A DNA stretch of 64,000 bases, from positions 15,884 through 79,883 of the forward strand of contig JAJZOD010000003.1 of the NCBI GenBank assembly GCA_021852055.1, given 5' to 3'. The stretch's first letter is position 1, and the number at the start of each line of letters is the position of its first letter. Below the pieces are notes generated by a model. The model did not search any database. It saw nothing but the letters and a program-made list of their open reading frames with translations, and was not told the origin of the DNA. Position numbers and translations under genes: made by a program. The stretch comes from Candidatus Micrarchaeota archaeon (lineage in GTDB: Archaea > Micrarchaeota > Micrarchaeia > Micrarchaeales > CABMGC01). Below, one piece after another: positions 46,596 through 56,328 of the stretch.

Positions 46596-47726
46596 CTATC
46601 TGCTTCTTTTAGCACTTGTTTCTTTTAATATTTTCAAGTATTTTATCTTATAATTATCTAAATTGTAGTCGTGGCTCCGTTTCCACGCATTTAGACTGAA
46701 GCTTTTATAATTCTTCATTATTTTATATGCAAGATTCGGAATCTCATCTGCATTATCAAAAAGGTAGCCCTCCCTTCCTTCGGTTATGAGATCGCCCATG
46801 GCTGTGTCTCTACGCACGAGTACTGGAAGCGAATGTGCCATCGATTCTATGGTGGGCATATTAAAGCCCTCATGATAGCTATTGCATACATATATATCAG
46901 AATCTTCAAAGAAGTTTTCTATTGCTACTTGTTTGGGCAGTATTCTGATGTTGTCATTTGCATATTTCCGCGCACTCATATACTCTTTTCTGAACTCCTT
47001 CATCATTTTGTTTTCACCGAAATGCGTCAAGCCTATACCCGCTTCATTGCATATCTTCGCAAGTTCCGGCACCGCCTTGTTCTTTGCATATCTTCCATAC
47101 GCGAGAAGCTGTGGTTTTTTCACTCTGACACGGTCTGATCTCGTGTTCGCATACTTCAAATTATATATATGGAAAAGCGGCAGCACCCTGATTGCACCAG
47201 GGTCGAAGCCTTGTTTTATTAAATCGCTTTTTGTGAACTCCGAGGTCACTACAACTGTGGGACTAAGGCTGCGTAGCGTCGGAAGTGCTGTATAACCTTT
47301 ATATGATACTTCTGGAATGCCAACTAGATATGGGTATGTTATTCCATGATAAAACAGAACGTCTCCATCATGGAATTGGTGTATTAATTGATATGGGCCA
47401 CCATAGTGCCAGATGCGTATATCTGCGTTTTCTATCGCCTTCCTGCCTGCCTGTGGTTTGTACTGCTTTAACGATTTAAAATAAAGTTTAAGCCAATGTG
47501 TTTTGTTGCCTAACCTCATAAATATTGCCAGTCTTGTCCTAATGCTCTGCCTATCATAATAATCTTTGTATGCCATCGTCAATACTTCCGACATCTCACT
47601 GAACAGTTCCACTACTGTTTTGGAGTCTGCTCCACCGTGCTGCCTGTCTATCTTGTTATTGGTGCGTATTACACTGCTTATAGCATCACCTCTTAGTGCT
47701 ACGCTGTTTAACTGTACTACTCTCAT
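46596..47726 (-). CDS. Glycosyltransferase family 4 (GT-B, Glycos_transf_1 type)
   Basis: YHEGFNMPTIESMAHSLPVLV is the E-x7-E region. Tandem paralogue of 47732..48928. Confidence 0.85.
   Translation of the reverse strand: MRVVQLNSVALRGDAISSVIRTNNKIDRQHGGADSKTVVELFSEMSEVLTMAYKDYYDRQSIRTRLAIFMRLGNKTHWLKLYFKSLKQYKPQAGRKAIENADIRIWHYGGPYQLIHQFHDGDVLFYHGITYPYLVGIPEVSYKGYTALPTLRSLSPTVVVTSEFTKSDLIKQGFDPGAIRVLPLFHIYNLKYANTRSDRVRVKKPQLLAYGRYAKNKAVPELAKICNEAGIGLTHFGENKMMKEFRKEYMSARKYANDNIRILPKQVAIENFFEDSDIYVCNSYHEGFNMPTIESMAHSLPVLVRRDTAMGDLITEGREGYLFDNADEIPNLAYKIMKNYKSFSLNAWKRSHDYNLDNYKIKYLKILKETSAKRSR
46855..47117. repeat. 263-bp tract identical to 47994..48256 (inter-paralogue conversion tract)
   Basis: Base-by-base comparison of the two printed stretches shows no mismatch. 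A second 76-bp identical tract is 47168..47243 = 48370..48445. Confidence 0.9.
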
Positions 47727-47731
47727 TCTGA

Positions 47732-48928
47732 TCAGCTTTTAAATTGCTCCCTTTTCAAGTCTTTCAATACGTGAAGATACCTGCCCTTGTATTTTTCATA
47801 TGCGAAATTGTTTGAGTGCTTCCACGCATTCCTGCTGAAACTACTGTAATTCCTCATTATGCGCTCCGATAGTTCAGGTATCTCATCTGCGCTGTCAAAA
47901 AGGAATCCGTTATAGCCATCTTTTACAAGATCATCCATTGCAGTGCCCCTTCTCGCAAGGATCGGAATTGAATGAGCTTCAGCTTCTACGAGAGGCATAT
48001 TAAAGCCCTCATGATAGCTATTGCATACATATATATCAGAATCTTCAAAGAAGTTTTCTATTGCTACTTGTTTGGGCAGTATTCTGATGTTGTCATTTGC
48101 ATATTTCCGCGCACTCATATACTCTTTTCTGAACTCCTTCATCATTTTGTTTTCACCGAAATGCGTCAAGCCTATACCCGCTTCATTGCATATCTTCGCA
48201 AGTTCCGGCACCGCCTTGTTCTTTGCATATCTTCCATACGCGAGAAGCTGTGGTTTCTGCCTGTTTTGCATCTTACCGGTGGCGACATCTGAAGCAGAAC
48301 TGTAATTGTATGTATGTACACCGCGGCTCCTAATATATGGTTTGTATGTTCTATATGGTAAATTATATGTATGGAAAAGCGGCAGCACCCTGATTGCACC
48401 AGGGTCGAAGCCTTGTTTTATTAAATCGCTTTTTGTGAACTCCGATATTGTTATTATTCTTGGGTCAAGGCTTTTAATTGTCTGCATCATCGAGTAACTA
48501 TAAAACGCATGATTTGTGTCGTGCGAAAGGAAAGGATAAGTGATGCCATAAAAAAAGAATATGTCATTCCTGTGGAAATGTTCAAAAAGAGGGTAAAATG
48601 CTCCCAAATGCCATACCCTTATATTTGCTTTTTCTATGGCGTTGTATGCGGCCTTTGGTTTATATCTAACTTTTGAAGGCAGCGCCATCCTGAACCACTC
48701 CGATTTCTTGCTATGTATAAACTCTCTAAACGGGTCAAGCGTTTTAGTTTCAAAATAGTCTTTTATAGCATATGGCAGTACGAAATCAAAAGAACTGTAA
48801 TGTTCTGCTATCAACGTTGAGTCCCAACCCTGCTCCTTGTGTATTCTGTTGTTGGTGCGCACTACATTGCTCAGCGACTCTCCCTCTATTATCACTGTAG
48901 ATATGTCTGCTATTTTCATTTTCATCAC
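47732..48928 (-). CDS. Glycosyltransferase family 4 (GT-B), tandem paralogue
   Basis: YHEGFNMPLVEAEAHSIPILA. Carries a 21-codon insertion relative to the paralogue, between the two identical tracts. Confidence 0.85.
   Translation of the reverse strand: MMKMKIADISTVIIEGESLSNVVRTNNRIHKEQGWDSTLIAEHYSSFDFVLPYAIKDYFETKTLDPFREFIHSKKSEWFRMALPSKVRYKPKAAYNAIEKANIRVWHLGAFYPLFEHFHRNDIFFFYGITYPFLSHDTNHAFYSYSMMQTIKSLDPRIITISEFTKSDLIKQGFDPGAIRVLPLFHTYNLPYRTYKPYIRSRGVHTYNYSSASDVATGKMQNRQKPQLLAYGRYAKNKAVPELAKICNEAGIGLTHFGENKMMKEFRKEYMSARKYANDNIRILPKQVAIENFFEDSDIYVCNSYHEGFNMPLVEAEAHSIPILARRGTAMDDLVKDGYNGFLFDSADEIPELSERIMRNYSSFSRNAWKHSNNFAYEKYKGRYLHVLKDLKREQFKS
47994..48256. repeat. 263-bp tract identical to 46855..47117
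   Basis: See the partner entry. Confidence 0.9.
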
Positions 48929-49635
48929 TCTTTCAGCACGCTACTTTGTTGCATGGTTTTGGCAGGATTCTTCTGCTTGTCATCTGCGCTTGACAATATG
49001 CTATTTACAACCCTCCTCTGTTCTACTGCAATTTTCCTCTGGTCCTGAACTATTCGTATCTGATCCCTTATGAATGACTGGAAGTTTTTAAGTGTATGAA
49101 TCTGCTCCTCTAACACAACCAACTTCTTTGCTAGCCTGTTTTTAGTTGCCTTGCTTATCTTTAGCTCCATAATTGCCTTCATGTTAAGCATCTCTATCTC
49201 TATATTTTGTACGCGCATCTCATACTCCTGCAGCCGCATCTCAAGGTTTTGTGCCTGAATGCCATAATTCTGTATCTGCACATCATAACTTTGTACGCGC
49301 ATCTCATAGTTTGCTATCTCCTTGAAGCCTATTGGCTTGTTTATATAAGGATTTGTTTCGGCATTTATGGCATGCTCTTCTCCGAAGATTCTCAGTTTCT
49401 TCATTGTGTAACCCAAAATACCGCTTAGGAACATCAGCCCAAGCAGTATTGCCACTGTCACAGTAAGTGTATCCGGGATGAATTTTACCAGAACCAGTTC
49501 GTAAATTATTGTTACGTATGCTATCGCGCCGAGCCACCATGCAATGTAGCTGCCCCAGCCAAGTCTTGTATAGAAGAATATCCTGGCAAACAACACGCGG
49601 TCAAGTTTTACCATCTTATCATTATAGATTATCAT
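48925..49635 (-). CDS. Membrane protein (2 TM) with a repetitive C-terminal coiled-coil; first gene of the GT operon
   Basis: TM segments WGSYIAWWLGAIAYVTIIY and VTVAILLGLMFLSGILGY. Repetitive MRVQSYDVQIQNYGIQAQNLEMRLQEYEMRVQNIEIEML. Its stop overlaps the GT4 start (ATGA). Confidence 0.55.
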   Translation of the reverse strand: MIIYNDKMVKLDRVLFARIFFYTRLGWGSYIAWWLGAIAYVTIIYELVLVKFIPDTLTVTVAILLGLMFLSGILGYTMKKLRIFGEEHAINAETNPYINKPIGFKEIANYEMRVQSYDVQIQNYGIQAQNLEMRLQEYEMRVQNIEIEMLNMKAIMELKISKATKNRLAKKLVVLEEQIHTLKNFQSFIRDQIRIVQDQRKIAVEQRRVVNSILSSADDKQKNPAKTMQQSSVLKE

Positions 49636-49754
49636 TTATAGAAATAGTATGCCTGTGCACCTATCTCTGTATATATTTATCCGTATTTGTCATGAACATT
49701 TATATTAATTTCCGAATGATTCAATGTTTGTATGTTATATGCACGGTGTTTTAT

Positions 49755-52136
49755 ATGGCTGTTGAAGCCGTCACTGAGTCAGCGAAACGCCGCATATCAG
49801 GCAAAAGTACAATGCTGCTCATGCTCGCTATTGTTCTTGTCTTGGCATCTGCAATATACCTACGTGTTTTGCTAATACAATATCCCGGATTCTTTGAACC
49901 TGATGGTTTCTACAATTATGCAGTAGTTAATTATGCTGTTGCACATGGGTTTTCTGTACCTAAATACCTAAGCATCTCCGGACAGTCTGCAGGCGTGCCT
50001 GTCAATGAACCCTCCGGGCTTTACTGGGTTGCATTGCTTCCATACGCAGTTCTTCAGCATCTTGGGATAAGCGTCTATTCGATAATGCGCTTTATTTCGG
50101 TGCTGTTCGGCCTGTTTGATATAATTGGCGCATACTACTTATCAAGATTCATAAGCAAGGATCGCGTCTTCGGATTGCTTGTAATAGCGCTTGTCGGGCT
50201 TAGTGCAGCTAATGCTTCAAAGACAATGGCGCTTGAATACAGGGGCGACGGCTTTGTTACTATTTTCCTCATTTTTGCACTTATATCTATAGGGATGGTA
50301 ATCAACGAGAAGCGCCGTAGCAGGAAGGTTCTATACGCGCTCCTTGGTGCAGTGTCGCTAAGCATATGCAATCTTGTATGGAATGGCGCCTCTTTTGCTG
50401 TTGCAGTATACGCCATTTCAATCGTACTCCTTGCATCATATGCATTCATAGCTGCTAACAAAGAGCTGCTCAGAAACATGCTTTATATCCTGTCTGGCCT
50501 CTTTATCTGGTTCATGCTTGCCATGTTGTTCTCTGCATTAGGATACATACACGGGCAGCAGTATCAGGCGTTTGTTGGCCCTGATTTCATAGCACTGCCA
50601 TTTGCGCTTCTTGCAGGATGGTTTGTGCTGTGGCTTATACTAGAAAAAAAAATAATGCGCAGCGCAGTAACTACTACAAAAGGCAGACTGAAAGTTCTTG
50701 GAATGATATTCCTCATCGGCACAGTTATTTTCTACCTGTCTGCATACGGATTCCTGTACCAGACACTTATTGCTGAAGGTCTTTTCTCTTCGCGCGTAAA
50801 TCTATTGTCATCAATACAGGAACTTGCAACGCCAAATCTCGGCTTCCTCTTTGCAAATTTCAACATAACTCTTCTTATGAGCCCTATGGGGCTAATGATG
50901 GTGTTTTCATCAATTCTGCCTGCAGCTATGTTTGTGTTCTTCGCTGCACTGGTTGCAAGTTCATTCTTGTATGTACTCATACGCGTATCCGGCTCTGGCG
51001 GATGGCTCAATGGCAGCTTCAACTTCACCAAAAACATCCGGCCTGAGATGCTTATACTTATAGCATACCTCGCAGTTACTGCGTACCTGCAGATGCTTGC
51101 TGAAAGGTTTGCTTCGCTTGTTTCAGTACCCACTGCTATATTTTCTGCGGTCACATTGTATCTTATAATCCTGTTTGTGAAAAGTCGTACCCCTATCAAA
51201 TATAAAATTAGGGCATACTTCACAACAGCTGTAATTATCATTGCGTTTTTTGCAGTAATACTGCATTATGATTTGCTGTTAGCTCCTGCATCCCCAACGG
51301 ATTCTACGGTACCATACCTGCTTAATGCCTCTTCCTGGCTGGAAACTAATACTCCACAGAACAGCGTGGTGCTTACACTATGGCCTGATGGTTCTGTAGT
51401 GGAAGGGTGGGCCAATCGTACAAGCGTAACTGACAGCGTCGGGTCCCAGAATCCATCAAAAATCACAGCCTTTGCATCATGGCTTCTTAATAGGAGCAGT
51501 GACCCAAATTTTCTCACGAGCAGTTCAGCGGGACATCCTAATTACCTGCTCGTAAGAAGTTCGTGGCTTGAAGAAACCAATGGCATCTTCATAGAATCCG
51601 GAATGAACCAAAATCTTTCAGGATACTACGGTGTCAAGGGCTTTGCGTTCACCAATGAGTCCACAGGTCCTACAGGAACTAGCATAAGATTATCAGGCAT
51701 TGATTCAGAAATATATCTGCATGTGCAGAATAACAGTGCCGCTGGCATAATGGTATACAATACCTCTTTGGAAAAACAGATTGTGCCAATTGAATACATT
51801 GAAATGTACAACATTAAAAATGGAAACTTCTCTGTTCAGGAGAATTATACCGGTGGAAGCGGCCTCTCCTCTCTGCTTATTGTGATGTACTCTGATACAA
51901 ACAGTGCAAAACACAACATGCCTCTAAATATAACAGGCGCAGTTCTTGCAGCGCCATACCTCGCAGGCAGCAACCTCATCAAACTGCTATACCTATGCAA
52001 CTACAATGCATGCGTGTGGAACTCCAACAACACTTCAGTAAAGCTTGTGCAGGTGTATCCGAACAGCACAACGGGATTCAATCCAAACACAAAGATATTC
52101 AGGATTGAATATATCAATGCTACCGGGACCAGATAG
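49755..52136 (+). CDS. aglB: STT3/AglB-family oligosaccharyltransferase homologue with a degenerate WWDYG motif
   Basis: More than 12 TM segments. FFEPDGFYNY aligns to the STT3 EFDPYFNY loop. VVLTLWPDGSVVEGWANRTSVTDSVGSQN aligns to yeast [27 protein letters not shown]. The start is set at ATG 49755 because upstream codons overlap the divergent gene. TATA-like TTTATATTAA lies at 49699..49708. Confidence 0.7.
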   Translation: MAVEAVTESAKRRISGKSTMLLMLAIVLVLASAIYLRVLLIQYPGFFEPDGFYNYAVVNYAVAHGFSVPKYLSISGQSAGVPVNEPSGLYWVALLPYAVLQHLGISVYSIMRFISVLFGLFDIIGAYYLSRFISKDRVFGLLVIALVGLSAANASKTMALEYRGDGFVTIFLIFALISIGMVINEKRRSRKVLYALLGAVSLSICNLVWNGASFAVAVYAISIVLLASYAFIAANKELLRNMLYILSGLFIWFMLAMLFSALGYIHGQQYQAFVGPDFIALPFALLAGWFVLWLILEKKIMRSAVTTTKGRLKVLGMIFLIGTVIFYLSAYGFLYQTLIAEGLFSSRVNLLSSIQELATPNLGFLFANFNITLLMSPMGLMMVFSSILPAAMFVFFAALVASSFLYVLIRVSGSGGWLNGSFNFTKNIRPEMLILIAYLAVTAYLQMLAERFASLVSVPTAIFSAVTLYLIILFVKSRTPIKYKIRAYFTTAVIIIAFFAVILHYDLLLAPASPTDSTVPYLLNASSWLETNTPQNSVVLTLWPDGSVVEGWANRTSVTDSVGSQNPSKITAFASWLLNRSSDPNFLTSSSAGHPNYLLVRSSWLEETNGIFIESGMNQNLSGYYGVKGFAFTNESTGPTGTSIRLSGIDSEIYLHVQNNSAAGIMVYNTSLEKQIVPIEYIEMYNIKNGNFSVQENYTGGSGLSSLLIVMYSDTNSAKHNMPLNITGAVLAAPYLAGSNLIKLLYLCNYNACVWNSNNTSVKLVQVYPNSTTGFNPNTKIFRIEYINATGTR

Positions 52137-52582
52137 CACTGGAGCTAAGTCGCATGTACTAAATATCATTAGTGGTAATTAGTGGTAATAATAAATAAAA
52201 GAATCAAAACTTAACTGCAGGCACCTCTTCATACCAATAAATCTAAATGTCTTCTCTGACAAAAAGACAGTAGTGGTTAAACGCAAAAATCAAAAGCAGG
52301 AATGCGGTTAACGGCATCTCGTAAGAATGGCGGATTCATGCTTATGCATACATCTGCAGTCAGTCACATAAACGGTTCAGACGAACCGGATGCAGCGCTT
52401 AGAACTCCACAAACAATTCTGTTAAATAGAAATTATTGCAACGCACGCATGCGTATGCATTATACGAGTGAGAATGGCTTTGGTTTCGCCGGCATAATCA
52501 GCATTATGGTATACGTAGCCAGCAGAACGATGAAACCTTCAATGCCGTATGCACTGGTGCAGAGATAAAATCAGGGAGCTCA

Positions 52583-54115
52583 ATGGCTACAGGCGACACA
52601 CAGGATCAGTCACAAAGAGACAGCAGTACGGGAAGCAAAGAAGCAAAGGATTTCTATACAGATGCCGGCAAGGCATTCGAACAGAATGACTTTGAGAAGG
52701 CAATAATTCTTTATACAAAAGCCATAAATGCGGATCCCAACTACTCCAGTGCATATTTCAACCGGGCACTGTCCTATGCTATTGTGAACAAATACCTAGA
52801 GGCTACGCGGGATGCAGAGAAGGTGCTTGATCTTGAGCCGAACAGCCACGATGCACCCTATGTAATGGGCATAATATCAGAATATCAGCATGACTATAAA
52901 GGCGCAAAGGAGTGGTACGAAAAGGCACTGTCAAGGAATCCGAACTATGAGCAGGCAAAAGCACGGCTTGAGCAGTTGAAATCCAAGCTTGCACAGGAGG
53001 GCACATCACCTGCTTCAGAGGCTTCGGCTGCTCCTGCTATGGGTCCGGTATCAACAAAACCAGTTGCTGAAAGCAAGGACACTGTTGTGGAAGAAGGCCA
53101 GATCAAAAAAGTCAAGTGGCACGTCTCAAACATAAAGTTCAAGGACGTAGTGGGCATGACAAAGGAGAAGAAGCTCATCTACGAGAATATAATACTAGCC
53201 ATACGCAAGCCTGACTTGCTAAAGGCGTACGGCAAGAAGCTCGGGCTTGGCGTAATATTCTACGGCCCTCCGGGCTGCGGGAAAACCTACTTTGTCAATG
53301 CGATAGGCGGCGAAACAGGCTCAAAGGTAATGATAGCAAGGATTAACGAGATAGTGGATATGTATGCCGGCAACACAGAAAAGAACATGCATGCAATATT
53401 CGAGCAGGCAAGGAAGAATACCCCTGTAGTTGTATTCTTCGATGAGATTGATGCCCTTGGGCAGAAGCGTGGCGGAGAAGGCGGCGGAGGCGAGCAGGGC
53501 TCATACATGCGCATGGCCGTTAACCAGTTCCTTCAGGAGATGGATGGTGTAGAGAAGAATCCAGAGGGCATATTCGTAATAGGCGCAACAAACCAGCCAT
53601 GGGACATAGACCCTGCGCTTAAGCGCAGCAAACGTTTCGGCGAATCCATTTACATACCGCCTCCAGATTACAAGACAAGGAAGCAGGCTCTCATATACAA
53701 CACAAGGAAGATGCCCCTTGGCAGGATAAATTTCGGAAGGCTAGCGCGCGCAACGATGGGTTTCTCGCAAGCCGATCTCGAGGAGATTTGCGACAAGGCT
53801 GCTCTAATCCCTGCTGCTGAGGAGGACAGAACAGGCAGGAGGAGAAAGATAACAATGCGCGATTTTCTTAAGATGATAAAGGCGCACGGCAACACCCTGG
53901 ACGAGTGGTATTCTATGGTAAAGAAGGACATAATAAGCAAGACAGAGACCCAGATTGTCGATGGAAAGAAACAGACTACAGTAAAGGAAGGCAAGCTCAG
54001 TCCAGAAGAGAAAAGCAGGTACAAGGCGATGATAAAGGACGTTAAGAGGAACAGCAACTCATTCTACAGGTTTGTGAAGAGGTTCGTAAGAAGCTTCTCC
54101 CTCAGAATAACTTGA
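52583..54115 (+). CDS. TPR-repeat N-terminal domain fused to a single AAA+ ATPase domain (Vps4/meiotic-clade-like)
   Basis: Three TPR-like repeats (AIILYTKAINADPNYSSAYFNRALSY...). Walker A GPPGCGKTY, Walker B VVFFDEIDAL, and GATNQPWDIDPALKRSKRFGESIYIPPP. Confidence 0.8.
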   Translation: MATGDTQDQSQRDSSTGSKEAKDFYTDAGKAFEQNDFEKAIILYTKAINADPNYSSAYFNRALSYAIVNKYLEATRDAEKVLDLEPNSHDAPYVMGIISEYQHDYKGAKEWYEKALSRNPNYEQAKARLEQLKSKLAQEGTSPASEASAAPAMGPVSTKPVAESKDTVVEEGQIKKVKWHVSNIKFKDVVGMTKEKKLIYENIILAIRKPDLLKAYGKKLGLGVIFYGPPGCGKTYFVNAIGGETGSKVMIARINEIVDMYAGNTEKNMHAIFEQARKNTPVVVFFDEIDALGQKRGGEGGGGEQGSYMRMAVNQFLQEMDGVEKNPEGIFVIGATNQPWDIDPALKRSKRFGESIYIPPPDYKTRKQALIYNTRKMPLGRINFGRLARATMGFSQADLEEICDKAALIPAAEEDRTGRRRKITMRDFLKMIKAHGNTLDEWYSMVKKDIISKTETQIVDGKKQTTVKEGKLSPEEKSRYKAMIKDVKRNSNSFYRFVKRFVRSFSLRIT

Positions 54116-54256
54116 GGCATTGAAATTATAAATCCCAAAGCCACGCTTTACGAAACGATATACTGGCTTATGCAAAACAATATCTGCAAAAAACCTAAAG
54201 CCGCCAGATAATCCTGTAATTTATATTTTTGTTTTCAATTATGTAGGGTCGAAACA

Positions 54257-56302
54257 TTGTACGGAAACATAAAAAGCTCATGTACTATTTCTGCATTTGC
54301 CTTACTGCTACTGTTTTATGCGGTTGCGCATCCTGTATATGCGGGCAACTCTGTATCAGCAAATGTCAATGTAATATGCCCTTTTGATGTAGTTCTTGGT
54401 GTAGCGCCGGCCTACATCAAGTACACAAACATCACCATGAACTACAGCGTCGAGGCGCTTGGCAGCTGCTCTGTAGGTAGCCTAAACGGGAACATCAGCA
54501 TAGTATCGGGCAATGGCACACATATCCTGTACAAAAGAGACGTAAACATCAGCAATATTGACAGGAGTTTCAATGGCATAATTGTAATAAACAGCAATTC
54601 AATTGCAGCAAATGCGTCAGGCGCTCGCCTCTTTCTGCAGGGTCTAAACACCTACAACTTCAGCAGCAAGAGCTTTACACTAATACAACCTGCAGACATC
54701 ATCATAACGAATTTCACTTTATCATCTGGTTCGGTTAATCCGGGATCACAGATGATCCTTTATGCAACATTATACAACAAAGGCGAACTTGCATCAAACC
54801 AAATACTGCTCAACATGTTTGTAACAGGTCCATATCCGTTCAATACAAGCTACATCGAGCCAGGCCTGCCTCCTAGTGAAAGTGAGGTAGTAACAATAAC
54901 ACTTCCAATCAATGCTACACTGCAATCGGGCACGTATGCCGTATCATTATATGCGCATTTCAATACAACAGGGTATAATTTTATAAAAGGCGTATCAAAT
55001 ACCAGCACTTCTACATATACTGTTTCCCAGCCTGCGCAGCCTCATCCATCCTCGGTTCCTAATAAAAAATCAATAACATCGCTGCCGCAGCTGTCAGTGG
55101 TCAGCGCACCGTTGTTGATATCCACCCAAGAAGGAGCTGCGTCAGTGTCCCAGATGGACTTCCTTAACAGCGGCAGCGCCCCAGAAACAATAAACATCTC
55201 AACTACAAAGGAGTTCCAGAATGTCTTGCTTATCTCATCTAAAAACGTATACATAGAGCCCAAAAGTTCATTGTTGGTAGATTTCAAGTTCGTTCCAAAT
55301 TCAACAATGATCCCAGGAACATATGTCATACCAATTAACATAACAGCAAGGGTGCAGAACGGAACTGCAGAGACGGAACAGGAGTTCATAAACTTCGAAG
55401 TGTATAACAGTTCCACAGTCAGGCCCACTATAACAACTCAGGTAACCTTGTCAAATAACACCAACTACGCTTCAGGTACTATATACATATCTGCGCCTTC
55501 AAATTCCCCTATATACAATATGACAATGGCAACAAAGCTTCCATTATTCGTAGCAGGCAACATATCGCAGATATATGCATACGGCATGCCGAACAACATA
55601 ACACAGTCAAATGGATACTACAACATAAACTGGTTTATAAGCTACATACCTGCGGGCCAGAGCGCATACGCCTACTATACAATAAAGAACATATCAAGCC
55701 AGTCATACCTGCAAAATGTCCAGAACATCCTTACAGCCCAGTACCCCCAAAAACCGCAGCAGAGCAATCTGCGTATTATCAAGATAAAAGTGCCGTCATT
55801 TTATACAAACGAGACAGCCAATATAACTGTTGCCTCCCTTTACACAGGAACGCAGGCCCAGAAAGCCTACTTTTCACTGGAAAATTACGGGTCCTTGTCA
55901 GTACAGAATCCCGTAAGGGTTGTCAACATGTCTCCTAATGAGCTTGCATATACGAGCTTCAGCATAACAACAAACTCAAGCACAGGAACCTTCCTGTTCA
56001 GCCTACTCATATCTGGGAACAATATAAACTATTCATACTCCCTGCCTGTTGTTGTTGAGGAGAATCCTATAAAGAGCAATATACCCGCGCTCGAGACTAT
56101 TCCTCCGGTATACCCCCAAAACCAGATAGATCTCCAAGCTGCCGAACCTTATGCTCTTGCAGCAATATTCTTATTATTGACTATTGGAATTATATTTGTA
56201 ATATTGAACAAACGAAATAAGTCCCATTACAGCAGGGACAGGAGCAATGAGCTGAGAAGGCTTAAAGATCAGATATCTAGGGACTATGATGATACCGAAT
56301 AA
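54257..56302 (+). CDS. Secreted multi-beta-sandwich protein (CARDB/NEW3-like) with a C-terminal TM anchor and charged tail
   Basis: TTG start. Signal peptide ...LLLLFYAVAHPVYA|GN. CARDB-like ADIIITNFTLSSGSVNPGSQMILYATLYNKGELAS...GTYAVSLYA. C-terminal TM ALAAIFLLLTIGIIFVIL is followed by NKRNKSHYSRDR. Confidence 0.7.
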   Translation: MYGNIKSSCTISAFALLLLFYAVAHPVYAGNSVSANVNVICPFDVVLGVAPAYIKYTNITMNYSVEALGSCSVGSLNGNISIVSGNGTHILYKRDVNISNIDRSFNGIIVINSNSIAANASGARLFLQGLNTYNFSSKSFTLIQPADIIITNFTLSSGSVNPGSQMILYATLYNKGELASNQILLNMFVTGPYPFNTSYIEPGLPPSESEVVTITLPINATLQSGTYAVSLYAHFNTTGYNFIKGVSNTSTSTYTVSQPAQPHPSSVPNKKSITSLPQLSVVSAPLLISTQEGAASVSQMDFLNSGSAPETINISTTKEFQNVLLISSKNVYIEPKSSLLVDFKFVPNSTMIPGTYVIPINITARVQNGTAETEQEFINFEVYNSSTVRPTITTQVTLSNNTNYASGTIYISAPSNSPIYNMTMATKLPLFVAGNISQIYAYGMPNNITQSNGYYNINWFISYIPAGQSAYAYYTIKNISSQSYLQNVQNILTAQYPQKPQQSNLRIIKIKVPSFYTNETANITVASLYTGTQAQKAYFSLENYGSLSVQNPVRVVNMSPNELAYTSFSITTNSSTGTFLFSLLISGNNINYSYSLPVVVEENPIKSNIPALETIPPVYPQNQIDLQAAEPYALAAIFLLLTIGIIFVILNKRNKSHYSRDRSNELRRLKDQISRDYDDTE

Positions 56303-56328
56303 GAAACAAGAAGCCAGCAGATGAGTAA

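Noticed and set aside
49509-49754. N-terminal 82 codons of the listed 49509..52136 ORF
   Set aside because: They overlap the divergent 48925..49635 gene and the AT-rich promoter region, and the product is Cys/Tyr-rich. ATG 49755 gives a normal basic-then-TM N-terminus.
50732-51241. 169-aa ORF antisense to the AglB homologue
   Set aside because: This is a shadow ORF inside the TM-rich coding region.
52302-52568. 88-aa ORF in the 446-bp gap
   Set aside because: It has no motif, no SD or TATA context that I could see, and an odd composition. It is kept only as part of a low-interest finding.
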